Positions 48,321 through 59,609 of a stretch of 64,000 nt of DNA are shown here, one piece after another. This DNA is from Candidatus Gottesmanbacteria bacterium (GTDB lineage Bacteria > Patescibacteriota > Microgenomatia > 2-02-FULL-39-11), in assembly GCA_016186795.1 (NCBI GenBank), contig JACPKY010000002.1, forward strand, positions 604,771 to 668,770, given 5' to 3'. Position numbers and translations under genes: made by a program. Every line of letters starts with the position of its first letter. Positions within the stretch are counted from its first letter, which is position 1. Under the pieces are notes generated by a model. It was not told the DNA's origin. It saw nothing but the letters and a program-made list of their open reading frames with translations, and made no database searches.

Positions 48321-49310
48321 TTATCTTGATGTTTGAGGTGGTTGTTCCCGAAACTTCATGTATTCAGAAAAGACGGTTTCAATGGTAACAACTAATGGGA
48401 CCGCAAGAACTGCTCCGCCTATTCCCCCAAGTTTTGCACCGACAAGAATAGAAAGAAGCGTCACGAGTGGAGGAAGTCCGACAGCTTGTTTCATAACATA
48501 CGGTACTACCAGATTATTCTCGGCCTGCTGAATAACAAAATAGAGTGCGGCAATTGCCAGAGCATATAAAGGTGATACCGTTAAAGCAACCAGAATCGCA
48601 GGGACTGCGGAAATTATCGGTCCAATTGTTGGTACTATTTCAAGTACGCCCGCAATGATAGAAAGGGGAAGAACATACGGAAGACCAAGGAGTTGAAGTC
48701 CGATAAATGTTGAAACACCAATGATTATTCCCAAGGTGAATTGTCCACGAACCCAAGAACCGAGACGTTCCTCTATTTTTTTGATAACAACTAAAAACCT
48801 CTTTGCACCTTCTTCTCCCAAAAAAGTCTCCAGCTGCATATCTAAATTACCTCGCTCCATAATTAGATAGAAAGAGATAACAAAAATCGTAAGTACTCCG
48901 ACAATATTATTAAAAACTCCGAGCGTCACTTTTAAAAGATTTTCCCCGAGCGGCGCGACCTGCTGAGTCAGTGCCTGAGGATCTATTGCAGCAAACGGTA
49001 CAAATTCGTTGATATATCGGGGAAGATTATCTGATAAATGAATTGTTTGAGAGACAAGTGGTGGAAGAAGTGCAGTTAAAAGAGATGCAATCCCTGCAAT
49101 AAAAAATACATAAATTGTGAGAGCCGATACCATCCGAGGTATACGCCATTTTTCCAGCGAATCAACCCACGGTTTTAAAGCCGACATAATAATGAATGCA
49201 ATAAATAGAAGCGATATAACTTCTCTCACTTGAACAAGAAGCCAAAGGAGAAGAAGAAAGCAAACGGTAAAGATAATCGTTCTATGTGATATTTCTATTT
49301 TCGTTGGCAT
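48321..49310 (-). CDS. AI-2E family transporter (PerM/UPF0118)
   Basis: Eight-TM topology typical of PF01594. Confidence 0.65.
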   Translation of the reverse strand: MPTKIEISHRTIIFTVCFLLLLWLLVQVREVISLLFIAFIIMSALKPWVDSLEKWRIPRMVSALTIYVFFIAGIASLLTALLPPLVSQTIHLSDNLPRYINEFVPFAAIDPQALTQQVAPLGENLLKVTLGVFNNIVGVLTIFVISFYLIMERGNLDMQLETFLGEEGAKRFLVVIKKIEERLGSWVRGQFTLGIIIGVSTFIGLQLLGLPYVLPLSIIAGVLEIVPTIGPIISAVPAILVALTVSPLYALAIAALYFVIQQAENNLVVPYVMKQAVGLPPLVTLLSILVGAKLGGIGGAVLAVPLVVTIETVFSEYMKFREQPPQTSR

Positions 49311-49336
49311 ACAAGATCTGAACGCTCAATTGATTT

Positions 49337-50308
49337 TCATTGAGTATACCATGTCCTCACTGTTTCCTCTATATTTTCGATACAATGAGTATCTGACGGA
49401 TTAAACCAGTGAACATCTCTTTCTTTTCGAAACCACGTAAGCTGCCTTTTTGCATACTGATGCTCTTTCCTCTCCCATAGAGAAATTGTATCCTCTAAAG
49501 ATGCCTGTCCCAGAAAGAATTGTCGAAACTGCCGGTAACCTAATGTATTCATTCCTGGAGATTCCCAGGAAACTCCAGAGGAAAGCAGTTTTTGTATTTC
49601 CTCTCTCACTCCATTCTTTACCCTCTTCTCAACTCGATTATTTATATTTTGAATTCGTTGTTCAATTGGTACCTGTAAACCAATTTTTAAAACATCATAC
49701 AATGGGAGTAATGAAGAAGGAGCTTTTTTCCCTCCTTTTGCAACTTCAATTGCGCGAATTAGTCTTCTGGGATTAAAACGATCTGACTGGTTCATCTGTC
49801 CCCACTTCTTTAAATTACTTTTCTTTAAAAGTACTTGCAAATTCTCAACCGACATACTTTGCAGTCTTCTTCGCAGGTGAACATTCGGAACCACATCAAT
49901 GGTTTGAATCGGATCAGTCAAGCTTTTAATATATAAACCGGTACCTCCGACAATAATCGGCAGATGCATATGTTCATAAATTGTGTCGATGGTCTTGAGT
50001 GCAAGTGTGTGAAAGTGTGCAACACTCCATGAATCTTTGGGCTCAACCAAATCTACTAACCACACGGGAATAGTACCAACCGTGTAATACCCGTATGTTA
50101 CCTCTATACCTTTCACCAGAAACGACTTTTTTAAAAGAGTAAATCGTGAAGATGCTGGAATATCTTTCCCGGTACCAATATCCATGCCTTTGTAGATTTG
50201 TCTACTATCTGCCGATACTATTTCACCAGCAAATCGCCGGGCGAGACGAAGTGCTACATTGGTTTTCCCGGAGGCGGTAGGTCCCAAAACTATAAGGAGT
50301 TTATTCAT
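49337..50308 (-). CDS. miaA: tRNA dimethylallyltransferase
   Basis: P-loop LIVLGPTASGKT. Start trimmed to MNKLL. Confidence 0.8.
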   Translation of the reverse strand: MNKLLIVLGPTASGKTNVALRLARRFAGEIVSADSRQIYKGMDIGTGKDIPASSRFTLLKKSFLVKGIEVTYGYYTVGTIPVWLVDLVEPKDSWSVAHFHTLALKTIDTIYEHMHLPIIVGGTGLYIKSLTDPIQTIDVVPNVHLRRRLQSMSVENLQVLLKKSNLKKWGQMNQSDRFNPRRLIRAIEVAKGGKKAPSSLLPLYDVLKIGLQVPIEQRIQNINNRVEKRVKNGVREEIQKLLSSGVSWESPGMNTLGYRQFRQFFLGQASLEDTISLWERKEHQYAKRQLTWFRKERDVHWFNPSDTHCIENIEETVRTWYTQ

Positions 50309-50696
50309 GTACCGAGATGATAACCGTTCTCTCTCGGGGTCCGTCAAATTCCATAAGAAACACCTCTTGCCAATTACCTAAGAGAAGCTTTTTATTCTGA
50401 AATGGTACTGAGAGAGACTGGCCGACAAGAGAGGATGCCATGTGAGACCATGCATGTGAAGGATCATGAGCATGTCGAAAATGAATATCTGGGATAATAC
50501 GTTCCATTACTTCGAGAAAATCCTGATCCGTACCTTCGCCTACCTCTCCGACAGAAATCGCAGCAGTTGTGTGCCTTACAAAAATCGTACAGACCCCTTC
50601 TTTTCTATTGACTTTCTCAAGGATGTTCTCGATTTGTTTCGTAAAAGGAATAATTTCTTTCTTCTTATTCGTTTCGATTCGTATCTGATCTATCAT
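50301..50696 (-). CDS. yjbQ: YjbQ/UPF0047 family (secondary thiamine-phosphate synthase-like)
   Basis: The HTTAAIS motif and a length of about 130 aa. Confidence 0.6.
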   Translation of the reverse strand: MIDQIRIETNKKKEIIPFTKQIENILEKVNRKEGVCTIFVRHTTAAISVGEVGEGTDQDFLEVMERIIPDIHFRHAHDPSHAWSHMASSLVGQSLSVPFQNKKLLLGNWQEVFLMEFDGPRERTVIISVHE

Positions 50697-50707
50697 AGTT
50701 GGTATAC

Positions 50708-51931
50708 TTAATGTACCGAACCCTTTTGTCTTGGAGAATTAATCATTTTTTCCAAAATGAGCCATCGCCTCTTCTTCTCTTTATGCACTACATCATCGTG
50801 GAACACTTTATGTGCTGCAGTTTGGGGACGATCAGAATAGAGAGAAATATATGCTTTGTAAAATCCAACTTTTTGAACTAATTTACAAGTATCTTCAAAT
50901 TCTTCTTCTGTCTCCCCACAAAATCCAACAATAATATCAGTCGAAAAGCGGACATGTGGAATTTTCGTTCGTATCCTTTCAATGAGAGAAAAGTAGATTT
51001 CTTTCGTATACCACCGATTCATTCGCTTCAAAACGGAATTACTCCCCGATTGAACAGGGAGATGAATTGAGCGAGTAATGTTTGGATTTCGAGAAATCAC
51101 ATCAATAAGTTTGTCGGAAAAATCCCATGGGTTACTTGAAAGAAAATCAATCAACTCAATTCCCCTAACATGCGCAATATCTTCTAACAGATAGGGAAAA
51201 AGTGTGGGAATACGCAGACGATTGAGATGTTTCACAAATACTGGTTCAATTTTCTTTCCACTCGGAAGGACAAAACCGGTTTTTTTGCTTTCGGAAGATT
51301 TTGGGAAATAGGTTTTTTCTAAATCTCGAAGTACATGGATATTACCTAGTCCCGAAACCAGATCCGCACCGTAGGAGTTAACATTCATTCCTAGTAGGGT
51401 AATTTTCTTATAGCCGGTCTTTGCAAGTTGCTCGCATTCGCCGATTACATCTGTATATGGCCTACTTATTTCCCGACCACGGGTAAATGGAACGACACAA
51501 AAAGTACAGAAATTATTACATCCATTGGAGATTGGTACCCATGCATGAGTTATCTCAGTTCGAAGTGGTGCATGATCAAAACCAACCTCCTCAATTGGTA
51601 AAAATTCATCTACAGCCGGCATTCTTTGCCGGATGAGCTTTAAAAACTTTCCCGAACTATCACGTAGCGCCATTCCTACCATACAACCAGTTACAACAAT
51701 TTTCTCAGGGAGTCCTTCTCTTTTTCGAACGAGGGAGAGATTATGAACAAGCCCATACACTCTCGTCTCAGCCTTTTCTCGAATCATGCATGTATTGATC
51801 ACAACGTGGTGAGCGCTCTCAATGCTGGAAGCTTTTTTCATTCCTTTACTTTCATATGCATTGGCAATACGCTCTGAATCCGCAACATTTTGTGCACAAC
51901 CAAAGGTTTTTATAAAATATGTCTTTTGCAT
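50708..51931 (-). CDS. miaB: tRNA-i6A37 methylthiotransferase (radical SAM MTTase)
   Basis: MTTase N-terminal domain (FGCAQN), radical-SAM CxxxCxxC (CNNFCTFC) and a TRAM domain. It is adjacent to miaA. Confidence 0.75.
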   Translation of the reverse strand: MQKTYFIKTFGCAQNVADSERIANAYESKGMKKASSIESAHHVVINTCMIREKAETRVYGLVHNLSLVRKREGLPEKIVVTGCMVGMALRDSSGKFLKLIRQRMPAVDEFLPIEEVGFDHAPLRTEITHAWVPISNGCNNFCTFCVVPFTRGREISRPYTDVIGECEQLAKTGYKKITLLGMNVNSYGADLVSGLGNIHVLRDLEKTYFPKSSESKKTGFVLPSGKKIEPVFVKHLNRLRIPTLFPYLLEDIAHVRGIELIDFLSSNPWDFSDKLIDVISRNPNITRSIHLPVQSGSNSVLKRMNRWYTKEIYFSLIERIRTKIPHVRFSTDIIVGFCGETEEEFEDTCKLVQKVGFYKAYISLYSDRPQTAAHKVFHDDVVHKEKKRRWLILEKMINSPRQKGSVH

Positions 51932-51965
51932 AGCGCGGATAATTGTATCAAATCTGAGAATTTAT

Positions 51966-53201
51966 TCATTCTTTTGGCAGTATTTGCTTTGCAACTTCAA
52001 CCATTAATTTTTCAGCAATACTTTGCTTTGACGCTCTAGCAAGTTTTACATGTAATCCCTTTTTGGTAACAATGTATATTTCGTTTTCATCTTCTCCAAA
52101 ACCTATCCCTTTTCTTCCTACATCGTTTACAACAATAAAGTCTGACCTACTTTCGTCCAATTTTTTCATTCCAATTGATACAATCGCATCATCTGTCTCT
52201 TTATAAACGGCTTTAAATCCAATAAGCAAAACATGTGGATTCCAGGATTTCACCATGTTTAGTATTTTGGGAGTTGGCGTAAGACGTAGACGGAGAGGCC
52301 GACTACTGATAATTTTTCTCGAAGAGATTTCCCGTGGTTTAAAATCTGATACAGCTGCGGTATGAATGAGAATATCGATGTGGCTACTATACGCTTTCAT
52401 AATTGAGGTAAGATCGTTTGCACTTTCAAAAATTTCTTCCTTTACTTTCAAAGATGCTACGGCAGATTTTGCTCTTATCAAAATAACCTCTGCACCAAAA
52501 TCTTTACAGACTTCTGCAATTGCTTTTCCCATTTTTCCAGAACTTCGGTTGGTGATAACTCGAACCGGATCAATCATTTCCATTGTCCCTCCGGAAGTTA
52601 CCAGTATACGTTTTCCTCGAAGTATTTGTTTTTTATGAAGTACAGCACCTATCGTGTTCTCAATTTCTGAAATAGATACTAATCTTCCAACTCCTCTATA
52701 CCCACACGCTAAATCTCCACTGTCAGGATGAAGTATGGTGTATCCACGCTTCATAAGCATTGTAAGATTTTCCTGAACACGGGGATTTTCCCACATATGA
52801 GTATTCATCGATGGACAAACAATGACTGGTGCACGCGTTGCAATGGTAACTGTTGTCAACATATCATCCGCAATACCATGTGCAATTTTTCCGATTATAT
52901 TCGCAGTTGCCGGCGCAATGACAAAAACTGATGCACTATCGGCAAGCTGAATATGTTGCACTTTCCGCTGCCGAAGAATTTGTCTGTAGTTAAAATGCGG
53001 AGGGAAAAGTGTAGAAACAACAGGATTACCCGATGATTTTTCAATTTGTTGTACGTCAACCATATTTATTGCATGCTCTGTCATTACGACCTGGATCGCA
53101 TAGTTTTTCTGGCGTAGTCGTGCAATAAGAGCATTGATTTTAAACGCTGCAATACCGGAGGAAATGCCAATCAGAATCATTGTTTTCATAGCGCGAATCA
53201 A
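51966..53201 (-). CDS. coaBC: bifunctional phosphopantothenoylcysteine decarboxylase / phosphopantothenate-cysteine ligase
   Basis: N-terminal flavoprotein domain and C-terminal DFP domain. Confidence 0.85.
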   Translation of the reverse strand: MIRAMKTMILIGISSGIAAFKINALIARLRQKNYAIQVVMTEHAINMVDVQQIEKSSGNPVVSTLFPPHFNYRQILRQRKVQHIQLADSASVFVIAPATANIIGKIAHGIADDMLTTVTIATRAPVIVCPSMNTHMWENPRVQENLTMLMKRGYTILHPDSGDLACGYRGVGRLVSISEIENTIGAVLHKKQILRGKRILVTSGGTMEMIDPVRVITNRSSGKMGKAIAEVCKDFGAEVILIRAKSAVASLKVKEEIFESANDLTSIMKAYSSHIDILIHTAAVSDFKPREISSRKIISSRPLRLRLTPTPKILNMVKSWNPHVLLIGFKAVYKETDDAIVSIGMKKLDESRSDFIVVNDVGRKGIGFGEDENEIYIVTKKGLHVKLARASKQSIAEKLMVEVAKQILPKE

Positions 53202-53980
53202 CTTGAGGCAGATGTATAGGTATTGAGTGAATATCGCCAGAGCAGGAGGCTTGAAAGAAAGAGTGTCGTGCTCACAACCAGAGCAATTATAACACTTTCT
53301 ACCTGTAATAATCCTACCAGTGCTTTCACGGGAAAACTCATCATGATCCCGACAGGGATGATAAAGGTAACAAATGATCGAAATGGCTCACCATACACAT
53401 CGATTGGAATTTTTCCCATACTGGTAAAGTCTCTATAAATCATAATCGCATGATCAATTTCTGAGGTGAGAACTGCAAGTGAAAGTACAAAAATGTGGAA
53501 AGAAACTGCAATAAGGAGAGCATTTGCGATGAGTAAGATATACAGTATGACTCCCGGCAAATTAATGTATGGAATATGCGATACAGTAATGATAATAAAA
53601 ACAACAAACGGTATAAGTGTTACCAAATCTAGAAAATCCGTCCCGCCAAAAAGGACACGGAAGAGTACATTGACTGGTTTTACCAAAAGCAAATCAAAAC
53701 TACCAGAGACAACCATTTGTCGAAATCGATATACTTCGCGAAAAAGCATTTGTGTTGTTGAATCGATTAGATTAAACGTAAGATAAAAAAGTACGACCTC
53801 CCAAAGAGAATAGCCTGAAAGTACGCGTGTTTTCGATACAAGAAGATACAGAAAACCCAAGTAAAATATAAACCGTATAATTTTTCCGCTCAAAAATAAA
53901 ATGGCACCAACGCGAGAAAGAAAAAATACCTGGAAGGAATTTACTGATAGCGCGAACCAAACTCTGATGTATTTCTCCAT
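53198..53980 (-). CDS. ABC-2 type transporter permease (COG3694-like)
   Basis: Six TM helices, in an operon with the ABC ATPase. Confidence 0.5.
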   Translation of the reverse strand: MEKYIRVWFALSVNSFQVFFLSRVGAILFLSGKIIRFIFYLGFLYLLVSKTRVLSGYSLWEVVLFYLTFNLIDSTTQMLFREVYRFRQMVVSGSFDLLLVKPVNVLFRVLFGGTDFLDLVTLIPFVVFIIITVSHIPYINLPGVILYILLIANALLIAVSFHIFVLSLAVLTSEIDHAIMIYRDFTSMGKIPIDVYGEPFRSFVTFIIPVGIMMSFPVKALVGLLQVESVIIALVVSTTLFLSSLLLWRYSLNTYTSASS

Positions 53981-53983
53981 GAT

Positions 53984-54781
53984 TTATTGTCCTACGGCAG
54001 TATAAATTCGAAGGCCCTTCCGCCAAATATATTCCATGACTCCAAAAAGCGCGACCACCCAAAAAAGGAGAATCAGGAAACCTTTGACAACAGAAATACC
54101 CGCTCCGTGCCCGATGAATAGTTTGAGTGGGAAATACACGAGATAGCTGAAGGGTAGGAACTCTAAAAATTTATAGATACTCTCAGGAAAGATATCTAGC
54201 GGAAAATAATTCCCTGCGAGAAATGAAACGAGAATAAAAAAAAGGAACCGAGGGGCCCATACGTCATTGACCCAAAATCCTAAGAAGGACAAAATCATGT
54301 TGATCTCAAAATACAAGATTGATGCACAAATTACCGCAAGGATAAAAAGGGCAATACTTCCCAAATCTCTTGCTATATACAGCGGTGGATGAAGAAGAAA
54401 AATAAGAATTCCCAACTCTATAAACGAGAAGAATGTATTGATGCATTTATCTGGCAAATCTCGAAAAACATTATAAAGAAAGTAATTTATCGGGCGGATT
54501 AAAAACCCATTGAGACTCCCTGAATTTATCTCCTCTGCCACTCTTGCTGTTTGAGTAGAAAGTACTATTCCGTTTATGAGGATCGTAAGCATTATGTACG
54601 TGAGTATCTCTTTTTGGCTGTACCCGAAAATAGAACCTTCATTTGGCATCACTGCAAGCCAAAGAAAATAGTTGATAAGCATGAAAAGAATCACTCGCAT
54701 CCTCCAAAGAAGAAAGTTGAGCCTGTATGCTAAATAATCGTAAAAGCTATTTTGTGATACAGCGATGTATTTTCTCATCAT
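53984..54781 (-). CDS. ABC-2 type transporter permease (COG4587-like)
   Basis: Six TM helices, in an operon with the ABC ATPase. Confidence 0.5.
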   Translation of the reverse strand: MMRKYIAVSQNSFYDYLAYRLNFLLWRMRVILFMLINYFLWLAVMPNEGSIFGYSQKEILTYIMLTILINGIVLSTQTARVAEEINSGSLNGFLIRPINYFLYNVFRDLPDKCINTFFSFIELGILIFLLHPPLYIARDLGSIALFILAVICASILYFEINMILSFLGFWVNDVWAPRFLFFILVSFLAGNYFPLDIFPESIYKFLEFLPFSYLVYFPLKLFIGHGAGISVVKGFLILLFWVVALFGVMEYIWRKGLRIYTAVGQ

Positions 54782-55755
54782 GGTGATTTTTGAAAAACCA
54801 TTCGGATGACATCTTCAATTTCTACATCTTCTATATTCATATCATCAACAGGTAATGTGGTAAGAACTTTTGAGGCTATACTCTTTGCTTCCTTTTTAGG
54901 AACGACTAAAACAATCTTCGTGGGGGTAAAAGATTTAAGTTGTCCAAAACTACTCACGTCACTTTCTTTTACTCGTCTATTGAACTCAATTGTAAGAATT
55001 TTTGTATCTGCATATCGTTCTATGAGCTTTTCGAAATCACCATCATAGACAATCCTTCCCTGATCGATAACTAAAATCCGTCTACACAGTTGCCGTACAT
55101 CAGACATATAGTGGCTGGTCAATAAAATTGTCGCTTTGTATCGGACATTATAATCCGCAATAAAGTCACGCATTTTTTTTTGCATGACAACATCCAATCC
55201 TATGGTTGGTTCATCTAAAAAAAGTACTTTTGGACGGTGAATAAGGGCTGCAATAAGCTCCATCTTCATTCTTTGCCCAAGAGAAAGTTGTCGAACTGGC
55301 ACACGAATAAGGTCAGATATTTCCAATAGTCCAGAGAGTTCATTGAGCGTTTCAGAAAATGCACTATCTGAAATATCGTAAATTTCCTTATTAAGTTTAA
55401 ATGTGTCAAATGCCGGTAAATCCCACCATAATTGGTTTTTCTGCCCCATGATAAGACTAATTCTTTTTAGGAATTCATCTTTCCGTTCGTATGGAGTAAA
55501 TCCAAGCACCGATATGTTACCAGATGTAGGATAGAGAAGACCCGATAAGCATTTCAACGTAGTTGTTTTTCCGGCTCCATTTGGCCCGATAAATCCGACA
55601 AGCTCACCCTCCTGAATAGTAAATGAAATATCCTCTACCGCATGGACTGAGATGGTTTCACGAGCAACAACAGAACGAAGAGAAGAAAATATTCCAAAAT
55701 CACGCTTATATGTTTTGTAGATTTTTGAAAGGTTCGATACGGAAATTGTCATCAT
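54778..55755 (-). CDS. ABC transporter ATP-binding protein
   Basis: Walker A (GPNGAGKTT), signature (LSLGQR) and Walker B (LFLDEPT) motifs. Confidence 0.8.
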   Translation of the reverse strand: MMTISVSNLSKIYKTYKRDFGIFSSLRSVVARETISVHAVEDISFTIQEGELVGFIGPNGAGKTTTLKCLSGLLYPTSGNISVLGFTPYERKDEFLKRISLIMGQKNQLWWDLPAFDTFKLNKEIYDISDSAFSETLNELSGLLEISDLIRVPVRQLSLGQRMKMELIAALIHRPKVLFLDEPTIGLDVVMQKKMRDFIADYNVRYKATILLTSHYMSDVRQLCRRILVIDQGRIVYDGDFEKLIERYADTKILTIEFNRRVKESDVSSFGQLKSFTPTKIVLVVPKKEAKSIASKVLTTLPVDDMNIEDVEIEDVIRMVFQKSP

Positions 55756-55796
55756 GGAGACATTGTATAGTATCTTTCAACTCACTGGAAGTAAAC

Positions 55797-55835
55797 AGAA
55801 GAACTCTCTTCACGAACGAAAGAGAGTTCTTCATA
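55797..55835 (-). terminator. rho-independent terminator downstream of hup
   Basis: A 13-bp perfect stem, GAAGAACTCTCTT-tcgttcgtg-AAGAGAGTTCTTC, followed by TGTTTACTT. Confidence 0.5.
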
Positions 55836-55849
55836 CGTAAACCTTCTCT

Positions 55850-56131
55850 TTAGCGAACAACTTTCTTTAATGCTTTCCCGGCGGTAAAACCAGGAGTTTT
55901 GCGGGCTGAGATATTAATAGGTTGTCCAGTTTGTGGATTTCGACCTTTTCTGGCGGCTCGAGACCGAACCATAAAGGTACCAAAACCAGTGACAACAACT
56001 TTGTCGCCTTTTTTCAATGCGTCAGAAATTGCTCCAAATACCGAATTTACAGCATCTTTCGCAGCTTTTGCTGTAAGGCTTGCTTTTTTTGCAACGTAGG
56101 CAATAAGATCAGCTTTGGTCATAAAGTTCAT
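55850..56131 (-). CDS. hup: DNA-binding protein HU
   Basis: HU/IHF fold (GFGTF...RNPQTG) and an upstream TTGACA-17-TACATT promoter. Confidence 0.85.
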   Translation of the reverse strand: MNFMTKADLIAYVAKKASLTAKAAKDAVNSVFGAISDALKKGDKVVVTGFGTFMVRSRAARKGRNPQTGQPINISARKTPGFTAGKALKKVVR

Positions 56132-56299
56132 TTCACCTCCTTTTGTAATCCCGATTGAATCGGGACGGGCAGAAGATTTTTTTGTATTGTCAGAACAATC
56201 CAGAATTCAATGTATTAGATTTTTTCGTTGTTGTCAAGCCCCGTAAACTATATCAAAGATATGAAGAATATAACGAAATGGCGTTAGAAGAAGAAAAGA

Positions 56300-57826
56300 C
56301 TAGTGAACTGTCTCTTGAATGCGAAGTTCCCGAATGAGAGTAATTTTGATTTGACCTGGAAATGTCGGGAATTTCTTCTCGATTTCCTCCCCAATTTTAT
56401 GTGCCGTGACCGCACTTTGGGCATCATCAAGTTTTCCGGGATCCACAATGACGCGGAGTTCTCTCCCTGCCTGGAGCGCATACGCCTTTTCAATTCCAGG
56501 AAATGTTGTTGCAGTATCCTCAAGCGTTTTAAGCCGTTTCACATACTCTTCAATATCCTCATATCGAGCACCAGGCCTTGCACCTGAAATAGCATCAGCA
56601 ATATACACAATAACTGCCTCAATAGAGGGGAACGGAATATCCTCATGATGTGCTGCAACGCAATCGATGACAGAGCTCGGCATAGCAAATTTCTTCAAAT
56701 ACTCAACTCCTAGTTGAACATGTGATCCATCTTTATCGGTAATGATTTTTCCGATATCATGGAGAAGACACCCAAGCCTCACAATATTGACATCAGCGCC
56801 TAATTCATTGGCGATGGCAATACCGATTTTTGTCTCTTCAAGTGTATGAACAATCATATTTTGTCCGTAAGAAAATCTATATTTGAATCTTCCAAGAAGT
56901 CCGATTAAGTCAGTCGGCATATTGTATACGCCAACCGCATGGCATAACTTTTCTCCCTCTGTGTACATTATTTTTTCTATCTCTTTCCTGGTTTGTTCAA
57001 CGAGTTCTTCAATCCGTACAGGCTGGATACGTCCATCTCGCAGAAGTTTCTCAAGTGTTACACGCGCAATCTCCCGTCTGACTGGGTCAAACGATGAGAG
57101 ACGAATAACACCCTCTTCATCGAGATCAACATCGACTCCAGTTGCCATTTCAAAGGCGCGAATATTTCTTCCTTCTTTTCCGATAATCCGTCCTTTAAAA
57201 TCTTCATCACTTATTTTGATTGTCGAGACGGTATATTCCGCAACATAATCTGTCGCACCGTGTCGCATAGCATCGATAATAATCTCTCGAGCCTTTGTTT
57301 CTGCCTCCAGCTTTATCTGATCTTGTGCGTCTTTCACTTTTTTGGCAATTTCTTCCTTAAGTTTTTCTTCAACGGCCGCCAAAATGAGTTCTTTTGCCTC
57401 CTCCCGCGTGAGGTGAGCCACTTTTTCAAGCTTCATGATAAGATCTGAGCGAAGCTTATCGACATCTGCTAGTCGTTTAAAAACTCCTTCTTCTTTTCCT
57501 ATTACCTGCCGTTCTTTATTTCCAAGCTCGGTAATTTTCTTATCAATACTTTCTTCTTTTGCAACGAGCCGCTGTTCGATATTTAGTGCTTCCTGGCGTA
57601 CTCTTCTTGATTCTTCTTCAGCCTCACGCTTAATTCTCAGTGCTTCATCTTTCGCTTCCAAAATAATTGTTCGAGCATCTTGCTGTACCGTAATAGATGC
57701 ATGTGGATCAGAAACTGGGGTTGTAGATTTCGCTGCCCCTTTCGGAACTCCCCCATCTTCCTTTGTTCCCAACTGTTTCTCAATTTTATCCAGTCGTGTG
57801 AGTATGACTTTTAGAACTTGTAACAT
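56300..57826 (-). CDS. rny: ribonuclease Y
   Basis: Coiled-coil region, KH domain and HD domain (HDIGK). The N-terminal TM helix is apparently absent. Confidence 0.8.
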   Translation of the reverse strand: MLQVLKVILTRLDKIEKQLGTKEDGGVPKGAAKSTTPVSDPHASITVQQDARTIILEAKDEALRIKREAEEESRRVRQEALNIEQRLVAKEESIDKKITELGNKERQVIGKEEGVFKRLADVDKLRSDLIMKLEKVAHLTREEAKELILAAVEEKLKEEIAKKVKDAQDQIKLEAETKAREIIIDAMRHGATDYVAEYTVSTIKISDEDFKGRIIGKEGRNIRAFEMATGVDVDLDEEGVIRLSSFDPVRREIARVTLEKLLRDGRIQPVRIEELVEQTRKEIEKIMYTEGEKLCHAVGVYNMPTDLIGLLGRFKYRFSYGQNMIVHTLEETKIGIAIANELGADVNIVRLGCLLHDIGKIITDKDGSHVQLGVEYLKKFAMPSSVIDCVAAHHEDIPFPSIEAVIVYIADAISGARPGARYEDIEEYVKRLKTLEDTATTFPGIEKAYALQAGRELRVIVDPGKLDDAQSAVTAHKIGEEIEKKFPTFPGQIKITLIRELRIQETVH

Positions 57827-57988
57827 AGGACCTCCTATAGAAAATCTGTGATAATACTTTCAAGGAAGAGTAACAAGAAGAATAAAAGGAGTACGCGCTT
57901 ATGAACGCGTAGAAATAAAAAGACTGGCTTTACTAAAAGATGTTCGTCTCATCATATAATCCTTTTTATCCTTCTTATACATCAATCC

Positions 57989-58486
57989 TTACTCTTTATT
58001 GTATGCTTTTCGTTTAAGAGAGTCAATGATCTTCAAAATAACATCCCAATCAAATCCTCGACGGAGTAACATCCCAGATACTTTCTGTTTTACTTTCTGC
58101 ATAGGTAGTTTAGAAAAAAGGTGAAGTTTCGGCTGAATAACTTTCCAAGCTAAATCCTCATCACCTTTTCCAGAATCTTTATTTGAAAGAACGAAATGGA
58201 TGGTATCAGTATCTATTCCTTTCTCCTTCAACTCAAATGTGATAAGTCGATCCCCCTTTGGATTTGCGCCACGTCGCTGTTCTACCCACCAAGAAGCAAA
58301 CTCACGATCGTTGATGAAATTATGTTCTCTGAAATATGAAACTGCTGCAAGGACAAAGGCTTGAGGAATTCCTTTTTTAATTGCGAATTGACTGAGTTTC
58401 CCTTTTAACTCTTTTTCGGATCGCGGACGGAAGGATAGAAGTTTGAATCCATAATCCTTCAATTGTTGAAATTTGGTGGAATCCAT
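57989..58486 (-). CDS. recX: recombination regulator RecX
   Basis: Triple-helical-repeat RecX family protein directly downstream of recA. Confidence 0.65.
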   Translation of the reverse strand: MDSTKFQQLKDYGFKLLSFRPRSEKELKGKLSQFAIKKGIPQAFVLAAVSYFREHNFINDREFASWWVEQRRGANPKGDRLITFELKEKGIDTDTIHFVLSNKDSGKGDEDLAWKVIQPKLHLFSKLPMQKVKQKVSGMLLRRGFDWDVILKIIDSLKRKAYNKE

Positions 58487-59517
58487 TAATCGTTTTCTTT
58501 TCCGACTACTTTTTCTTTCATTGGACCAGCTTTGTAGATTTTCCAGATAGCATCCAAAATCTCCTTTGCTACTTTATTGCTCTCGGCTAAATACATTCTT
58601 GCTGCTTCTCTTCCTTGGCCTAATATTTGTGAACCAAAACGTATAAATGCACCACTTTTCGTCAAAACGCTAAATTCCAATCCAACATCAATGATCCCCC
58701 CTTCACGGGATATTCCTGATTCCAGCACATCGAACTCGGCAATCCTAAATGGAGGAGAAACTTTGTTTTTTACTATTCGAACTCTATGTCTACTCCCAAC
58801 AATTTTATCTCCATCTTTGAGGGTTTCAATTTTCCTCGTATCCATACGTATTGATGAATAAAATTTCAACGCCAGTCCTCCTGGAGTTGTTTCTGGGTTG
58901 CCAAACATAATACCAATCTTTTGCCGAAGTTGGTTTGTAAATATCGCAACCGTCCTTGACTTCGAGATGGCTCCTGTCAATTTTCGAAGAGCCTGAGACA
59001 TAAGACGGGCTTGGACCCCGACCATGGAATCTCCCATTTCTCCCTCAATTTCAGCCCTGGGAACCAATGCTGCCACTGAATCAATGACAAGAACGTCCAC
59101 TCCCCCTGATCGAATAAGAGTTTCTGCAATTTCCAACGCTTGCTCTCCGGTATCCGGCTGAGATACCAAAAGATCATCAAGCTTCACCCCAAGTTTTTCC
59201 GCCCAAATTGGGTCAAGAGCATGTTCTGCATCAATAAATGCGGCAACTCCTCCTGCTTTTTGGGTTTCGGCAATAATTGAAAGCGCAACAGTTGTTTTTC
59301 CTGATGCTTCCGGACCAAAGATTTCAATAATTCTCCCGCGAGGTACGCCTCCGATACCTAAGGCAATATCAAGGGCAAGTGAACCTGTCGGAATCACATC
59401 AAGACCAGACTTCGTATTTGCTTGATCACCCAATTTCATGATTGATCCCTTCCCGTATTGCTTTTCTATCTGTTCCATGGCAAGCCGTACTGCTTGCAGT
59501 TTGGGATTTACTGTCAT
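58486..59517 (-). CDS. recA: recombinase RecA
   Basis: Walker A (GPEASGKTT) and L1/L2 loops. Start trimmed to MTVNPKL. Confidence 0.9.
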   Translation of the reverse strand: MTVNPKLQAVRLAMEQIEKQYGKGSIMKLGDQANTKSGLDVIPTGSLALDIALGIGGVPRGRIIEIFGPEASGKTTVALSIIAETQKAGGVAAFIDAEHALDPIWAEKLGVKLDDLLVSQPDTGEQALEIAETLIRSGGVDVLVIDSVAALVPRAEIEGEMGDSMVGVQARLMSQALRKLTGAISKSRTVAIFTNQLRQKIGIMFGNPETTPGGLALKFYSSIRMDTRKIETLKDGDKIVGSRHRVRIVKNKVSPPFRIAEFDVLESGISREGGIIDVGLEFSVLTKSGAFIRFGSQILGQGREAARMYLAESNKVAKEILDAIWKIYKAGPMKEKVVGKEND

Positions 59518-59609
59518 AAAAACTCCTTTCGTGAGGCAGGAATTGGTTACCATTTTGTCACACCCTATGATAAAATACAAGGGTTTTATCCTTTAGAATA
59601 ATCACAAAA

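Noticed and set aside
59517-59580. N-terminal 21-codon extension of the recA ORF ([21 protein letters not shown])
   Set aside because: RecA homologs begin near MTVNPKL, so the extension is read-through of the upstream frame. Similar trimming was applied to pepc, ilvB, ilvE, miaA, the methyltransferase and the gene at 37250.
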